IMG/VR virus record: IMGVR_UViG_3300030376_000976
Coordinates: 1 to 25,530 of that record
DNA from: a virus
Taxonomy: Duplodnaviria > Caudoviricetes
Length of the DNA stretch: 25,530 bases
Strand: one strand, 5' to 3'
The position numbers were made by a program, and so were the translations under genes. The notes under the pieces are model-generated. The model saw only the letters and a list, made by a program, of their open reading frames with translations. It did no database searches and had not been told where the DNA came from. Numbering within the stretch: position 1 is the first letter of the stretch; each line of letters opens with the position of its first letter. Shown piece after piece: positions 1 through 8,853 of the stretch.

Positions 1-903
1 GTGCTTGACGAGTATGCTTCTATGAAACCTATTGTATGGGAACAGATTTTAAGACCGACTCTGGCGGACGTGCGCGGTGAAGCACTCTTCATTGGTACGC
101 CAGCCGGGAAGAATCACTTTTATGACCTATATACTGAAGCTCAAAGTGATGATGACTGGGAAGCTTTTCAATATAACTCTACAGATAACCCTTATATAGC
201 AGCAGATGAGATTGAAGCAGCAAAACGCTCAATGTCTTCTATGGCATTTAGGCAAGAATTTGAAGCAAGCTTTGAAACTTTCTCTGGAGGTATCTTTAAA
301 GAGGAATGGTTTCATACAGGTAAAGAACCTGAGGAAGGAAACTTTGTTATAGCTGTAGACCCTGCTGGATTTGAAGCTGTAGAAAAAGAAAGAGGGTTAA
401 AAGGCTCTAAATTAGACGAAACATCTATAGCTATTGTAAAAGTAGATAGAGATAAGTGGTGGGTTAAAGATATTTTACATGGAAGATGGGGTATTAAAGA
501 AACAGCTAAGAAAATACTCAAAGCTGCTGAAGTAAATGAAGCTACTACTGTAGGAATAGAAACAGGTTCTTTAAAAAATGCTATTATGCCTTACCTAGAA
601 GATGAGATGCGTACTGAAAATAGGTTCGTACATATAGATGAGCTAAGACATGGCGGTAAGAAGAAGACTGAGCGTATTACTTGGTCCCTTCAAGGTAGAA
701 TGGAACATGGACAGATAAGTTTTAATGAAGATAGGGACTGGAAAGTCTTTATATCACAGATGCTAGACTTCCCTAACCACCTAAGTCATGACGATTTACT
801 GGATAGCCTAGCCTATATAGACCAAGTTAGTATAGCAGACTTCGCGTACTCTATAGATATGGAAGATGACTGGGAACCATACGATGAAATAGCAGGATAT
901 TAA
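1..903 (+). CDS. terL: Terminase large subunit, C-terminal part (5'-truncated at window edge)
   Basis: Window opens in the Walker B motif (VLDEYA). Coupling motif FIGTPAGKNHFY, F-RQE-EASF linker, and RNase H-like nuclease motifs IAVDPA ... DE ... HDDLLDSLAY. Lies upstream of the portal. Confidence 0.95.
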   Translation: MLDEYASMKPIVWEQILRPTLADVRGEALFIGTPAGKNHFYDLYTEAQSDDDWEAFQYNSTDNPYIAADEIEAAKRSMSSMAFRQEFEASFETFSGGIFKEEWFHTGKEPEEGNFVIAVDPAGFEAVEKERGLKGSKLDETSIAIVKVDRDKWWVKDILHGRWGIKETAKKILKAAEVNEATTVGIETGSLKNAIMPYLEDEMRTENRFVHIDELRHGGKKKTERITWSLQGRMEHGQISFNEDRDWKVFISQMLDFPNHLSHDDLLDSLAYIDQVSIADFAYSIDMEDDWEPYDEIAGY

Positions 904-941
904 CTAATTTGATAAAAACATCTACACAACTACCTAAAGTG

Positions 942-950
942 TGCTATACT
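942..950 (+). promoter_or_regulatory. Putative extended -10 sigma70-type promoter (TGcTATACT)
   Basis: TG-n-TATACT in the 80-nt gap after terL, 33 nt before ATG 984, which has an AAGGA RBS. No good -35 at 17-nt spacing. Confidence 0.5.
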
Positions 951-983
951 CCACGATTATATTCTTTATTCTAAGGAAATTAC

Positions 984-1532
984 ATGGCATTATCAAGAGC
1001 AGCAGCGAAAGCTGCTAGGCAAGCAGCTCAATCAAGAGGATTAAAAGGTAATCGAGCAATGGATGGTAGTCTAATACCAGAAGCTAAAATTGCTACTCCT
1101 AAAGCAGATGTCCCAATGCGACCTGATTCTATTAAAACTAATCAGGAATGGCGAGATTCTGTAAAAAACGTAAGTGATGATGCTTTAGAACAAAAATGGG
1201 AAACTATTAATGAACAAATTGATACTCTGCAAGATAGACTAGATGATATTGTTATTAATGAGAAAGAAGGTAGATACTTTACTGATGAAGAATTAGGTTC
1301 TCAAAAATTAGCTGAGCGGCAAGAGATTTTTAATGAAATGAGTGATTTAGAAAATACAAGAGCTATGATAGCTGGAGAGCTTAATCGTAGAAATCCAGAA
1401 ATGGATTTTGATAATGCTGAAGGTACATATCAACAAGCCATTGCAGATAGATATAGTAGTGTTGATGAAGCTATAAAAATAGCTGATGAAAATTATCCAA
1501 GAAGTTCTTTCATTAAAAGACAGGATACTTAA
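984..1532 (+). CDS. Hypothetical protein, 182 aa (basic Ala-rich N-terminus, acidic coiled coil)
   Basis: AAGGA RBS, TAATG overlap with the portal, heptad-like segment LEQKWETINEQIDTLQDRLDDI. Confidence 0.75.
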   Translation: MALSRAAAKAARQAAQSRGLKGNRAMDGSLIPEAKIATPKADVPMRPDSIKTNQEWRDSVKNVSDDALEQKWETINEQIDTLQDRLDDIVINEKEGRYFTDEELGSQKLAERQEIFNEMSDLENTRAMIAGELNRRNPEMDFDNAEGTYQQAIADRYSSVDEAIKIADENYPRSSFIKRQDT

Positions 1533-3490
1533 TGTTTGAGAATAAAGAAACTAAATATCAAGCTTTAGCTGGATGGCTTAATCATAGGCTAGAAAGCTGG
1601 CGTACCCATAGAGATACTAACTATGTACAGAAGTGGGATGAGTATTATCGACTGTGGCGCGGTATTTGGCTACAAGAAGACAGAACACGCACCTCTGAAA
1701 AGTCTAGAATCATAGCTCCTGCGATGCAGCAAGCTATTGAGTCTGCTGTTGCGGAGTTAGAGGAGGCAACATTTGGTAGAGGTAAGTGGTTCGACATACA
1801 GGATGACATGTTAGACCAAGACCCTAGCGATGCTGAGTATGTACGCAATCTCCTACAAGAAGATTTAGAGAAAACAGGCTGTAAAGATGCAATATGTGAG
1901 GTATTTCTCAATAGTGCTATCTACGGTACTGGTATTGGAAAGATAATTGTAGAACAATCTGTAGAAAGAACACCTGCTGAAGTACCTGTAGAAGGTACAA
2001 CCACTACTACTCGTCAGTTAGTAGAGTACCCCTCAATAGATATAAAGGTAGAACCTATATCTCCGAAAGAGTTTCTTATAGACCCATCAGCTAATTCAAT
2101 TAATGAAGCTTTAGGTGTAGCACATGAGGTTATTAAACCTCGTTATCATGTAGTTGAAGGTATTCTATCAGGTATATATAGAGATGTACCTCTTGATGGT
2201 AGTTATGATACAGTATCATTTGGTTATGACCCTGAGATGAAACAAGCTGATGAGTCTGACTCAGTTAAGATTACAGAATACTGGGGTAAAGTACCTAAAC
2301 GATTCCTTAAACCTTCTAAAGATAAAGATGACTTTGAATATACTAAGAAAGACGAGCTAGTAGAAGCTGTAGTTACTATATGTAATGATGAACATATACT
2401 TAGAGTAGAGCAAAACTTATTTATCATGGAGGATAGACCTTTTATATCTTACCAACATGACATTGTTCCTAATAAATTCTGGGGTAGAGGAGTTTCAGAG
2501 AAGGCATATAACGCACAGAAAGCATTAGATGCTGAGATGAGAGCTAGAATTGATTCCCTAGCACTAACGACTACTCCTATGATGGCTGCGGATGCTACAA
2601 GACTACCTAGAGGTGTTAAGTTTGAAGTTAGACCGGGCAAGACAGTACTTACTAATGGTAATCCTAGAGATGCTATTATGCCATTAGACATGGGAACAAC
2701 AGACCCAAGTACATTCGACCAAGTATCTAGCTTACAGGCTATGATTCAAATGGGTACAGGCACATCTGATGGTGTAGCAGGTGATAGAGCTACAGCTAGT
2801 GGTATGTCTATGCAACAAAGTGCTGCTATTAAAAGACAAAAGCGCACTTTAATGAATTTCCAAAACACATTCCTTGTACCTTTAATACAGAAATCAATGT
2901 GGAGGAAGATACAATTTGATGTAGATAGATACCCTGTTAATGATTATAAGTTTATACCTTATTCAACTATGGGTATAATGGCTAAGGAATTAGAGATGAC
3001 TCAGATGGTACAGATGTTACAATCTATACCTAAAGATTCTCCTGCTTTTGATGTAATCTTATTAGCTATGATGCAAAACTCTAGTATTCATAATCGTGAC
3101 CAGATTGTACAAGCCTTAATGCAAGGTAGTCAACCTGATGCACAGCAACAAGAACTAGAAAATATAGGTACTGAGTTACAAATACAACAAGCACAAGCTG
3201 AAATACAAAAGACACTAGCTGAAGCTGAAGAAGAAAAAGCTAAGGCAATTAAGTGGCAAGCTGAAGCTGCTCAAGCAGTACCTAATGAGATACAAGTTGA
3301 AGAGTCTATAATTAAATTACAGAAAGATGCTTTAAGTTTAGATAAACTTAAGGCTGATATAAGAAATCAACAATCTGAAACACAAAGAAATGTACCAGAG
3401 ATGGAACACCTTAAATCAGAAACTATATTAAATCTAGCTAAGGCTAGAGAAGCAGGTTCTAAGGCAGCAATTAATTCAACGGTACAGTAG
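1532..3490 (+). CDS. Portal protein (podovirus type, with long C-terminal helical extension)
   Basis: 652 aa between terL and scaffold/capsid. Portal-like motifs SAIYGTGIGK, FLIDPSA, RPFISYQ, FWGRGV, RATASG. Gln/Glu/Ala-rich C-terminal coiled coil as in P22-type portals. Confidence 0.92.
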   Translation: MFENKETKYQALAGWLNHRLESWRTHRDTNYVQKWDEYYRLWRGIWLQEDRTRTSEKSRIIAPAMQQAIESAVAELEEATFGRGKWFDIQDDMLDQDPSDAEYVRNLLQEDLEKTGCKDAICEVFLNSAIYGTGIGKIIVEQSVERTPAEVPVEGTTTTTRQLVEYPSIDIKVEPISPKEFLIDPSANSINEALGVAHEVIKPRYHVVEGILSGIYRDVPLDGSYDTVSFGYDPEMKQADESDSVKITEYWGKVPKRFLKPSKDKDDFEYTKKDELVEAVVTICNDEHILRVEQNLFIMEDRPFISYQHDIVPNKFWGRGVSEKAYNAQKALDAEMRARIDSLALTTTPMMAADATRLPRGVKFEVRPGKTVLTNGNPRDAIMPLDMGTTDPSTFDQVSSLQAMIQMGTGTSDGVAGDRATASGMSMQQSAAIKRQKRTLMNFQNTFLVPLIQKSMWRKIQFDVDRYPVNDYKFIPYSTMGIMAKELEMTQMVQMLQSIPKDSPAFDVILLAMMQNSSIHNRDQIVQALMQGSQPDAQQQELENIGTELQIQQAQAEIQKTLAEAEEEKAKAIKWQAEAAQAVPNEIQVEESIIKLQKDALSLDKLKADIRNQQSETQRNVPEMEHLKSETILNLAKAREAGSKAAINSTVQ

Positions 3491-3492
3491 AT

Positions 3493-3723
3493 ATGCCAAA
3501 GAATGATGAACAGTTTTTAAAAGACAGGTTAGCTATGTTTGAAACCGAAGGGTGGAAAGACTTAATGGCTGACATGAAGATTACTGAAGAGAATGTAGTA
3601 GACATACGCACTCTTGAAAGTGAGAAAGACCTTTGGCACGCTAAGGGTCAGTTGCAAATTCTAAGACAGTTAAGAAGTTTGGAAGATGCAACAAAACTAG
3701 CGGTAGAACAATCCTCTTCATAA
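3493..3723 (+). CDS. Small conserved-type head-region protein between portal and scaffold
   Basis: 76 aa with F-TEGWK and KGQL-IL motifs, in the slot usually holding a small protein in such podoviruses. Confidence 0.75.
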   Translation: MPKNDEQFLKDRLAMFETEGWKDLMADMKITEENVVDIRTLESEKDLWHAKGQLQILRQLRSLEDATKLAVEQSSS

Positions 3724-3742
3724 GGACTCTACCTTAATATAA

Positions 3743-3766
3743 CTTCATAACCCAAATGGGCGAGGA
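3743..3766 (+). promoter_or_regulatory. Putative RNA stem-loop overlapping the scaffold RBS
   Basis: CTTC-ataa-CCC-aaat-GGG-c-GAGG: inner CCC/GGG stem, and outer CUUC/GAGG pairing that covers the GAGGA Shine-Dalgarno. Confidence 0.35.
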
Positions 3767-3773
3767 CCAAAAC

Positions 3774-4595
3774 ATGAGTATAGTAGTAGAAGAAACACCT
3801 TTAACTGAAAAACCAATAACAGAAAATCAAGAAGTAGAAGCGGTAGAAGCTCAACAGGATTACGATATCCAAGAAGAAACAGAAGTTGAGGTAACAGAAC
3901 CAGAATCTATAGTTCCTGAGAAGTATGCTGGCAAATCACTTGAAGAAGTTATTGAGATGCACCAAAATGCAGAAAGAATATTAGGTAAGCAAGGAATGGA
4001 AGTTGGACATCAACGGAAATTAATTGAAACTTTAATGTCTTCTCAACAACAAGCTCCTCAAGCTACAGCACCGATGGAAGAACCAGTACCATTCGAGGAA
4101 CAGTTCTATGCTGACCCTGCAAATGCAGTCAACTCAGCTATAGAAAAGCACCCCGATGTAGTTAAAGCTAAAGAAACTAGAGCTATGCAAAATCAAGCTT
4201 TGAGTCAAGCACAGTTAGAAGCTGCTCATCCTGATTTTAAAGCGATAGTGGAAAGTAATGACTTTCGTGACTGGATTGGAGCAAGCAAGATACGACAAGA
4301 GTTATTCCGTACTGCTGATTCTTATGACTTTGATGCTGCTAACGAGTTGTTTACAACATGGAAGCAGATTAACATGGCAACTAAAACTGCTGAAGTTAAG
4401 AAGAAAGAAAAAGTCAAAAGACAAAAGGCATTACAAAAGACTAGCTCAGAAACACGCTCTTCAGGAGATTCTGTAGGTGGTAAGAAGGTTTATCGTAGAG
4501 CTGATTTAATCAATCTACAGGTAACTGACCCAACTAGATACGCAAGCTTAGCTGATGAAATTCAGTCAGCTTACGCAGAAGGTAGGGTTAAATAA
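3774..4595 (+). CDS. Capsid scaffolding protein
   Basis: Acidic disordered N-terminus, VPEKYAGKS motif, helical body, C-terminal AYAEGRVK, directly upstream of the capsid gene. ATG 3774 preferred over 3756 because GAGGA lies 7 nt upstream. Confidence 0.85.
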   Translation: MSIVVEETPLTEKPITENQEVEAVEAQQDYDIQEETEVEVTEPESIVPEKYAGKSLEEVIEMHQNAERILGKQGMEVGHQRKLIETLMSSQQQAPQATAPMEEPVPFEEQFYADPANAVNSAIEKHPDVVKAKETRAMQNQALSQAQLEAAHPDFKAIVESNDFRDWIGASKIRQELFRTADSYDFDAANELFTTWKQINMATKTAEVKKKEKVKRQKALQKTSSETRSSGDSVGGKKVYRRADLINLQVTDPTRYASLADEIQSAYAEGRVK

Positions 4596-4619
4596 TTTTA
4601 CTTATAATAGGAGAAGAAA

Positions 4620-5549
4620 ATGGCGTTAGGTACTAACCAAGTCACGACTAGTGTCGCCAATAACTTCATTCCTGAACTGTGGTCAGATGAAGTTATAGGT
4701 GCGTACAAGTCAAATCTAGTGGTTGCTAACCTAGTCACTAAACTTTCTCATAAAGGCAAGAAGGGCGATACTATATATATTCCTGTGCCGGCAAGAGGAA
4801 GTGCAAGTGCTAAAGCAGCAAACACTCAAGTAACATTATCAGCAGCTACTAATACGAAAGTAACAGTAAGCATTGATAAGCATTACGAATATTCAAAGCT
4901 AATTGAAGATATTGCGGAAGTTCAAGCACTAGCTTCAATGAGAAAGTTCTACACCGATGATGCTGGCTACGCTCTTGCGAAGCAAGTTGATACTGACCTA
5001 TTTGCACTAGCAGAAGGTTTACAGGGTGGTACTGTAGGTGGTACAGCAGCAGCTTCTTGGGAAACTGCTGTTATCGGTTCAAACGGTAGCACAGCTTACA
5101 CAGGTAACTCATCTAACGCAGCAGACATTACAGACGCAGGTATTCGTAGAATGCTTTTAACTCTTGATGATGCTGATGTGCCGATGGACAATCGTGTAAT
5201 GGTTATCCCACCAATTGCAGCTAATGATATGCTTGGAATCAACAGATTCACAGAGCAGCAGTTCATTGGTTCTGGTGAAGCTATCAAGACTGGTAAGATT
5301 GGACAGATTTATGGAGTAGATATTTATATCTCTTCTAACTGCCCAAGTGCTTCTGGTAACTCTGGTGCTGATAGAGTAGGTGTATTAATGCACAAAGATG
5401 CTCTAGTACTAGCGGAACAAGTAGGCGTGAGAAGTCAGACACAATATAAGCAGGAGTACCTTGGTGACTTGTTCACTTCAGATACTATTTATGGAGTTGC
5501 AGAACTTCGTAACGATGCTGGTGTTGCGTTTGTAGTACCGGGTACATAG
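4620..5549 (+). CDS. Major capsid protein (HK97 fold)
   Basis: FIPELWS, KGDTIYIP, GYALAKQVD, LDDADVP-DNR, G-IG-IYGVDIY-S and D-IYG motifs. Strong AGGAG RBS and a downstream hairpin. Confidence 0.95.
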   Translation: MALGTNQVTTSVANNFIPELWSDEVIGAYKSNLVVANLVTKLSHKGKKGDTIYIPVPARGSASAKAANTQVTLSAATNTKVTVSIDKHYEYSKLIEDIAEVQALASMRKFYTDDAGYALAKQVDTDLFALAEGLQGGTVGGTAAASWETAVIGSNGSTAYTGNSSNAADITDAGIRRMLLTLDDADVPMDNRVMVIPPIAANDMLGINRFTEQQFIGSGEAIKTGKIGQIYGVDIYISSNCPSASGNSGADRVGVLMHKDALVLAEQVGVRSQTQYKQEYLGDLFTSDTIYGVAELRNDAGVAFVVPGT

Positions 5550-5563
5550 TAGTTAGTTAGGCG

Positions 5564-5590
5564 TAACCCCTTCTTATGAGGGGGTTATTA
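5564..5590 (+). terminator. Stem-loop after capsid gene (probable leaky terminator or mRNA stabiliser)
   Basis: TAACCCCTTC-ttat-GAGGGGGTTA, a 10-bp stem with one G-U pair, followed only by a weak T tract. Confidence 0.75.
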
Positions 5591-5600
5591 CAAACTAATT

Positions 5601-5870
5601 ATGTCATCCACTAAATTAAGAAACGCTAAGAAAGAAAAAGCCATTGAGTATTTAGGTGGTAAATGCTGGAAATGTGAAGGTGTATTTGATAAAGACTTAT
5701 ACGACTTTCATCATATTGTTCCTGCTAGTAAAGAGTTTGAATGGGGTATTTTAAAAGATAAAAGATGGGAAACTATTCAAAAAGAACTAGATAAGTGTGT
5801 TTTACTTTGTTCTAATTGTCATAGACTTGCCCATAAAGAAATGAGAGAGCATGCCTTTTTACGACTTTAA
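5601..5870 (+). CDS. HNH endonuclease (Zn-binding, 89 aa)
   Basis: YLGGKCWKC ... DFHH ... ELDKCVLLCSNCHRLAH: two CxxC pairs plus an HNH-type core. Confidence 0.9.
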   Translation: MSSTKLRNAKKEKAIEYLGGKCWKCEGVFDKDLYDFHHIVPASKEFEWGILKDKRWETIQKELDKCVLLCSNCHRLAHKEMREHAFLRL

Positions 5871-6072
5871 GTGCGAACAAAACCATGTAAGTGAAGAACT
5901 AACAACTTACGATGAGATGCAAATGGGTATTGAATGTCCTAAATGTGGTAAACCTGCTAAAAGGATTTATTCAATTAATGATGTTAGACCTAGCTATGGG
6001 TATGAAATGACTAGGTTTGCCATGAGAGAACAAAAACGAAAGAGTAAGGATAAGTTTAATGGATATATTTGA
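5851..6072 (+). CDS. FmdB-like zinc-ribbon protein
   Basis: MP-YDFKCEQNH ... ECPKCG-AKRIYS signature. Confidence 0.85.
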   Translation: MPFYDFKCEQNHVSEELTTYDEMQMGIECPKCGKPAKRIYSINDVRPSYGYEMTRFAMREQKRKSKDKFNGYI

Positions 6073-6619
6073 AGACACTTGCGACCACGACTCTGTTGAA
6101 ACTTTAGAGTTAGAACGCTTTAAAACTAAACTAAGAGAAATCTGGTCTAGGTTTCTAGATGAGTGCTATGAAAAGTATTCAGATATAGATATGGACTTAG
6201 AACATTTTAAAGAGCATAATGCTTTAAAGTTTGCTGATGAACCTGAAGAAGAAAGTGAAATAGATAACATATTAAAGATGTTAGAAGATTTAATGGAAGG
6301 TGATGAAGAGCTTGAAGAAGTTAAATCAGAAGGAAAAGCTCCTACTTATGGAGGAAGTACACTTAAATCAAATAACGAAAAAGGAAAGATAGAGGCAACA
6401 GTATATGAAGTCAATCATAAATCTACAAAAACTCCGGGAGATAGTCGTTCTGGAGGTAAGGGTGGCTCGTATGAGGGTACGCCATCAGGTTCAATTTCTA
6501 AAAGAAAAGATTCAAGAGTTATCAGAAGCTTTTCTCCAATGGCTCAAAGCCTTAAAGAAGAATTAATAGCATTAAAAGATAGACAGTCTATTGGTAAACG
6601 CAGACAGTTATTTAGATAA
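6059..6619 (+). CDS. Hypothetical protein (acidic N-half, Gly/Ser/Lys-rich C-half)
   Basis: 186-aa ORF overlapping both neighbours, with an AAGGA RBS. Confidence 0.7.
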   Translation: MDIFEDTCDHDSVETLELERFKTKLREIWSRFLDECYEKYSDIDMDLEHFKEHNALKFADEPEEESEIDNILKMLEDLMEGDEELEEVKSEGKAPTYGGSTLKSNNEKGKIEATVYEVNHKSTKTPGDSRSGGKGGSYEGTPSGSISKRKDSRVIRSFSPMAQSLKEELIALKDRQSIGKRRQLFR

Positions 6620-7209
6620 TGGCTAAGAAAACTCGTATTGACCGAAGAGGTAAGATAAGAAGTATAGTTAGGAAATTTCCTACAGGAAATAAACCTCATT
6701 GGTCTATTACTAAACGAGCTGCTGTTTGGGAAAGAAGAAGAATTATAGATGATGTTTGGCTAGCAGATGTCATTACTGTAACAGATAGTATACTTGTTTC
6801 ATTCGCTAGGGATGTTAATGAAACCATTACAATGTCTGATGCGGTTGCTTTAAATAACGAAAAGTTATTGTTATCAAGCACAACAGTACAGACAGATACT
6901 GTAGAAAAACACGCTAAGCCTAGCAGTACAGATTCAATGACTATTACTGATAGTGTTGGATTAGATATGCAAAGTTTAAACACACAGTTTAATAACTTTA
7001 GTTTTAATTTCTGTTTGTTTAATGGTATTGGATATGACCAAGAGTTTTACACAGACTCAGTAACAATGTCCGATTCAGTTTCATTACACGCTTCTAAGCC
7101 AGTAAGTGAAACTGTAAGTGTTAGTGATAGTATAGGGTTTGTATTTGATGTATCAAGTATATTTAATGCAGATGATGTTACTATGAATTTATCTCAATTT
7201 AATAATTAA
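6619..7209 (+). CDS. Putative virion structural protein with ~19-aa beta-repeats
   Basis: Six copies of a [DES]-x-x-[TVS]-x-[ST]-D-x-[VI]-like motif after a very basic N-terminus. Confidence 0.65.
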   Translation: MAKKTRIDRRGKIRSIVRKFPTGNKPHWSITKRAAVWERRRIIDDVWLADVITVTDSILVSFARDVNETITMSDAVALNNEKLLLSSTTVQTDTVEKHAKPSSTDSMTITDSVGLDMQSLNTQFNNFSFNFCLFNGIGYDQEFYTDSVTMSDSVSLHASKPVSETVSVSDSIGFVFDVSSIFNADDVTMNLSQFNN

Positions 7210-7219
7210 AGGAGTAAAA

Positions 7220-7648
7220 ATGTTAAACGAAAACTTTAAAGTTACTGGACAAGTAACTATCCAGAAGAACGGAGAAGTTGTTAGAGATATCCCTAACACT
7301 ATCGTTACTGCTGGAAAAAACGATATAGCAAGTCTAATTACTGGAGCAGGTTCAGTTATGACTCATATGGCTGTAGGTACTGGTACTAATGCTGTAGCAG
7401 CAGGTGATACTACGCTACAAACAGAGTCAGATAGAAATGCTCTATCTACATCTGGTGGTTCTCCAAGTACAAATACAGTTACATATACAGCAGTATGGAA
7501 TGCAGGAGATGGTACTGGTTCATTAACAGAAGCAGGTTTATTTTCAGCTTCATCTAGCGGTACTATGTTGGCACGAACAGTATTTAGTGCGGTTAATAAA
7601 GGTGCGAGTGATGTACTAACAATCACTTGGACTATTACAGTTTCTTAA
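7220..7648 (+). CDS. Fibre-anchor / tail-collar-fibre-like beta protein
   Basis: NTIVTAGK, HMAVGTG, TTLQTE-R, LTEAGLF, MLARTVF, LTITWTI pattern resembles DUF3751-like fibre N-terminal domains. AAGGAG RBS. Confidence 0.7.
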   Translation: MLNENFKVTGQVTIQKNGEVVRDIPNTIVTAGKNDIASLITGAGSVMTHMAVGTGTNAVAAGDTTLQTESDRNALSTSGGSPSTNTVTYTAVWNAGDGTGSLTEAGLFSASSSGTMLARTVFSAVNKGASDVLTITWTITVS

Positions 7649-7660
7649 GGGGGTTAAACA

Positions 7661-8842
7661 ATGCCTGTAATTTATTCAAATAATGCCTCGACAACGCTAA
7701 GTGCAGGCATTAATGACTCAACAACAACAATTGCTATAGCTAGTAATAGTGGTTTTCCTTCTATAGGAAGCAACGAATACTACTTTGCTACAATTGCAAA
7801 TACTAATAATACTAAGATTGAAGTAGTTAAAGTAACAGCAGGAACTACATCACTTACAGTAACTAGGGCGCAAGATGGTACAACAGCTCAAGCCTTTGAC
7901 TCTGGTGACAACTTTCAATTGCGTGTTACAGCAGCTACTTTAAGCGCAGCAACTAAGACAGATGTTAATATTACTGGTGGTGCAATTGCAGGAGCAGCTA
8001 TTACCAATGATGTAATTGATAGTCAACACTATGCTGACGGTTCTATTGACACAGCACATATTGGTGATTTGCAAGTTACTACTGCTAAGATAGGAGCAGA
8101 TGCAATTACTGGTGCTAAGATTGCAGATGATGCTATTAACTCAGAACATTACACAGATGGAAGTATTGATACAGCACACATTGCAGATGATGCTGTAGAT
8201 GCAGATAAGTTAGCTAACTCTATTAATTCAGCTATTGCAGCTAACACAGCTAAAGTAACTAATGCTACACATACAGGTGAAGTAACAGGTGCTACAGCAC
8301 TTACTATTGCAGATGATGTAGTAGATGAAGCTAACTTAAAAATTTCAAATGCAGGCAGTAATGGACAGTTTCTTAGTAAACAATCTGGTAATACTGGAGG
8401 TTTAACTTGGGCAGATGCAGGTGGAGCAATTCCATCTGGAACTGTAATGGCATTTTTTCAAGCATCAGCACCAACAGGATGGACTAAATCAACAGCACAA
8501 AACGATAAACTTTTAAGAGTAGTATCAGGTAGTGGTGGTGGAACTGGTGGTAGTGCTGCTGTTTCATCTCCTGCACATAATTTAGCAGCAGGTTCACACA
8601 CATTAAGCACAAGTGAAATGCCTTCACATAACCATACAACAGCAGGCGGTAATCAATTTGCAAGTGGTGGCAGTACAGGTACTAAATTTTATGTAAATAA
8701 CACAAATGGTAGTAATTCGATAAATGCGATAAATACAGCAAATATGTCAAATACAGGCGGTGGTAGTAGCCACCAACACAATTTATCTGGTTCAATTACT
8801 ACACCGCAGTATATTGATGTAATAATTTGTAGTTACGATTAA
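7661..8842 (+). CDS. Tail/head fibre protein with C-terminal collar-like domain
   Basis: N-terminal NNASTTL ... EVVKVT ... LTVTRAQDGT domain, 10-aa shaft repeats, then IPSGTVMAF-Q-SAPTGW, HTLSTSEMPSHNH and H-H motifs typical of fibre tips. Confidence 0.85.
   Translation: MPVIYSNNASTTLSAGINDSTTTIAIASNSGFPSIGSNEYYFATIANTNNTKIEVVKVTAGTTSLTVTRAQDGTTAQAFDSGDNFQLRVTAATLSAATKTDVNITGGAIAGAAITNDVIDSQHYADGSIDTAHIGDLQVTTAKIGADAITGAKIADDAINSEHYTDGSIDTAHIADDAVDADKLANSINSAIAANTAKVTNATHTGEVTGATALTIADDVVDEANLKISNAGSNGQFLSKQSGNTGGLTWADAGGAIPSGTVMAFFQASAPTGWTKSTAQNDKLLRVVSGSGGGTGGSAAVSSPAHNLAAGSHTLSTSEMPSHNHTTAGGNQFASGGSTGTKFYVNNTNGSNSINAINTANMSNTGGGSSHQHNLSGSITTPQYIDVIICSYD
7982..8222 (+). repeat. Degenerate 30-nt (10-aa) coding repeats with a 120-nt super-period
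   Basis: IDSQHYADGSIDTAHI (from 8015) and INSEHYTDGSIDTAHI (from 8135), with interspersed VTTAKIGAD / ITGAKIADD units. Confidence 0.85.
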
Positions 8843-8853
8843 TAGGAGATATA

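Noticed and set aside
4258-4476. Alternate-frame + ORF within the scaffold gene (likewise 17528-17719 and 25042-25236)
   Set aside because: Overlap stronger genes, with no convincing RBS or domain.
4603-4608. TATAAT before the capsid gene (also near 8849 and 22748)
   Set aside because: Abuts or follows the RBS, leaving no room for a leader. Expected by chance in AT-rich spacers.
5530-5563. Capsid C-terminal extension by frameshift or read-through (as in T7 10B)
   Set aside because: No slippery heptamer, and TAGTAGTTAGTTAG places stops in all three frames.
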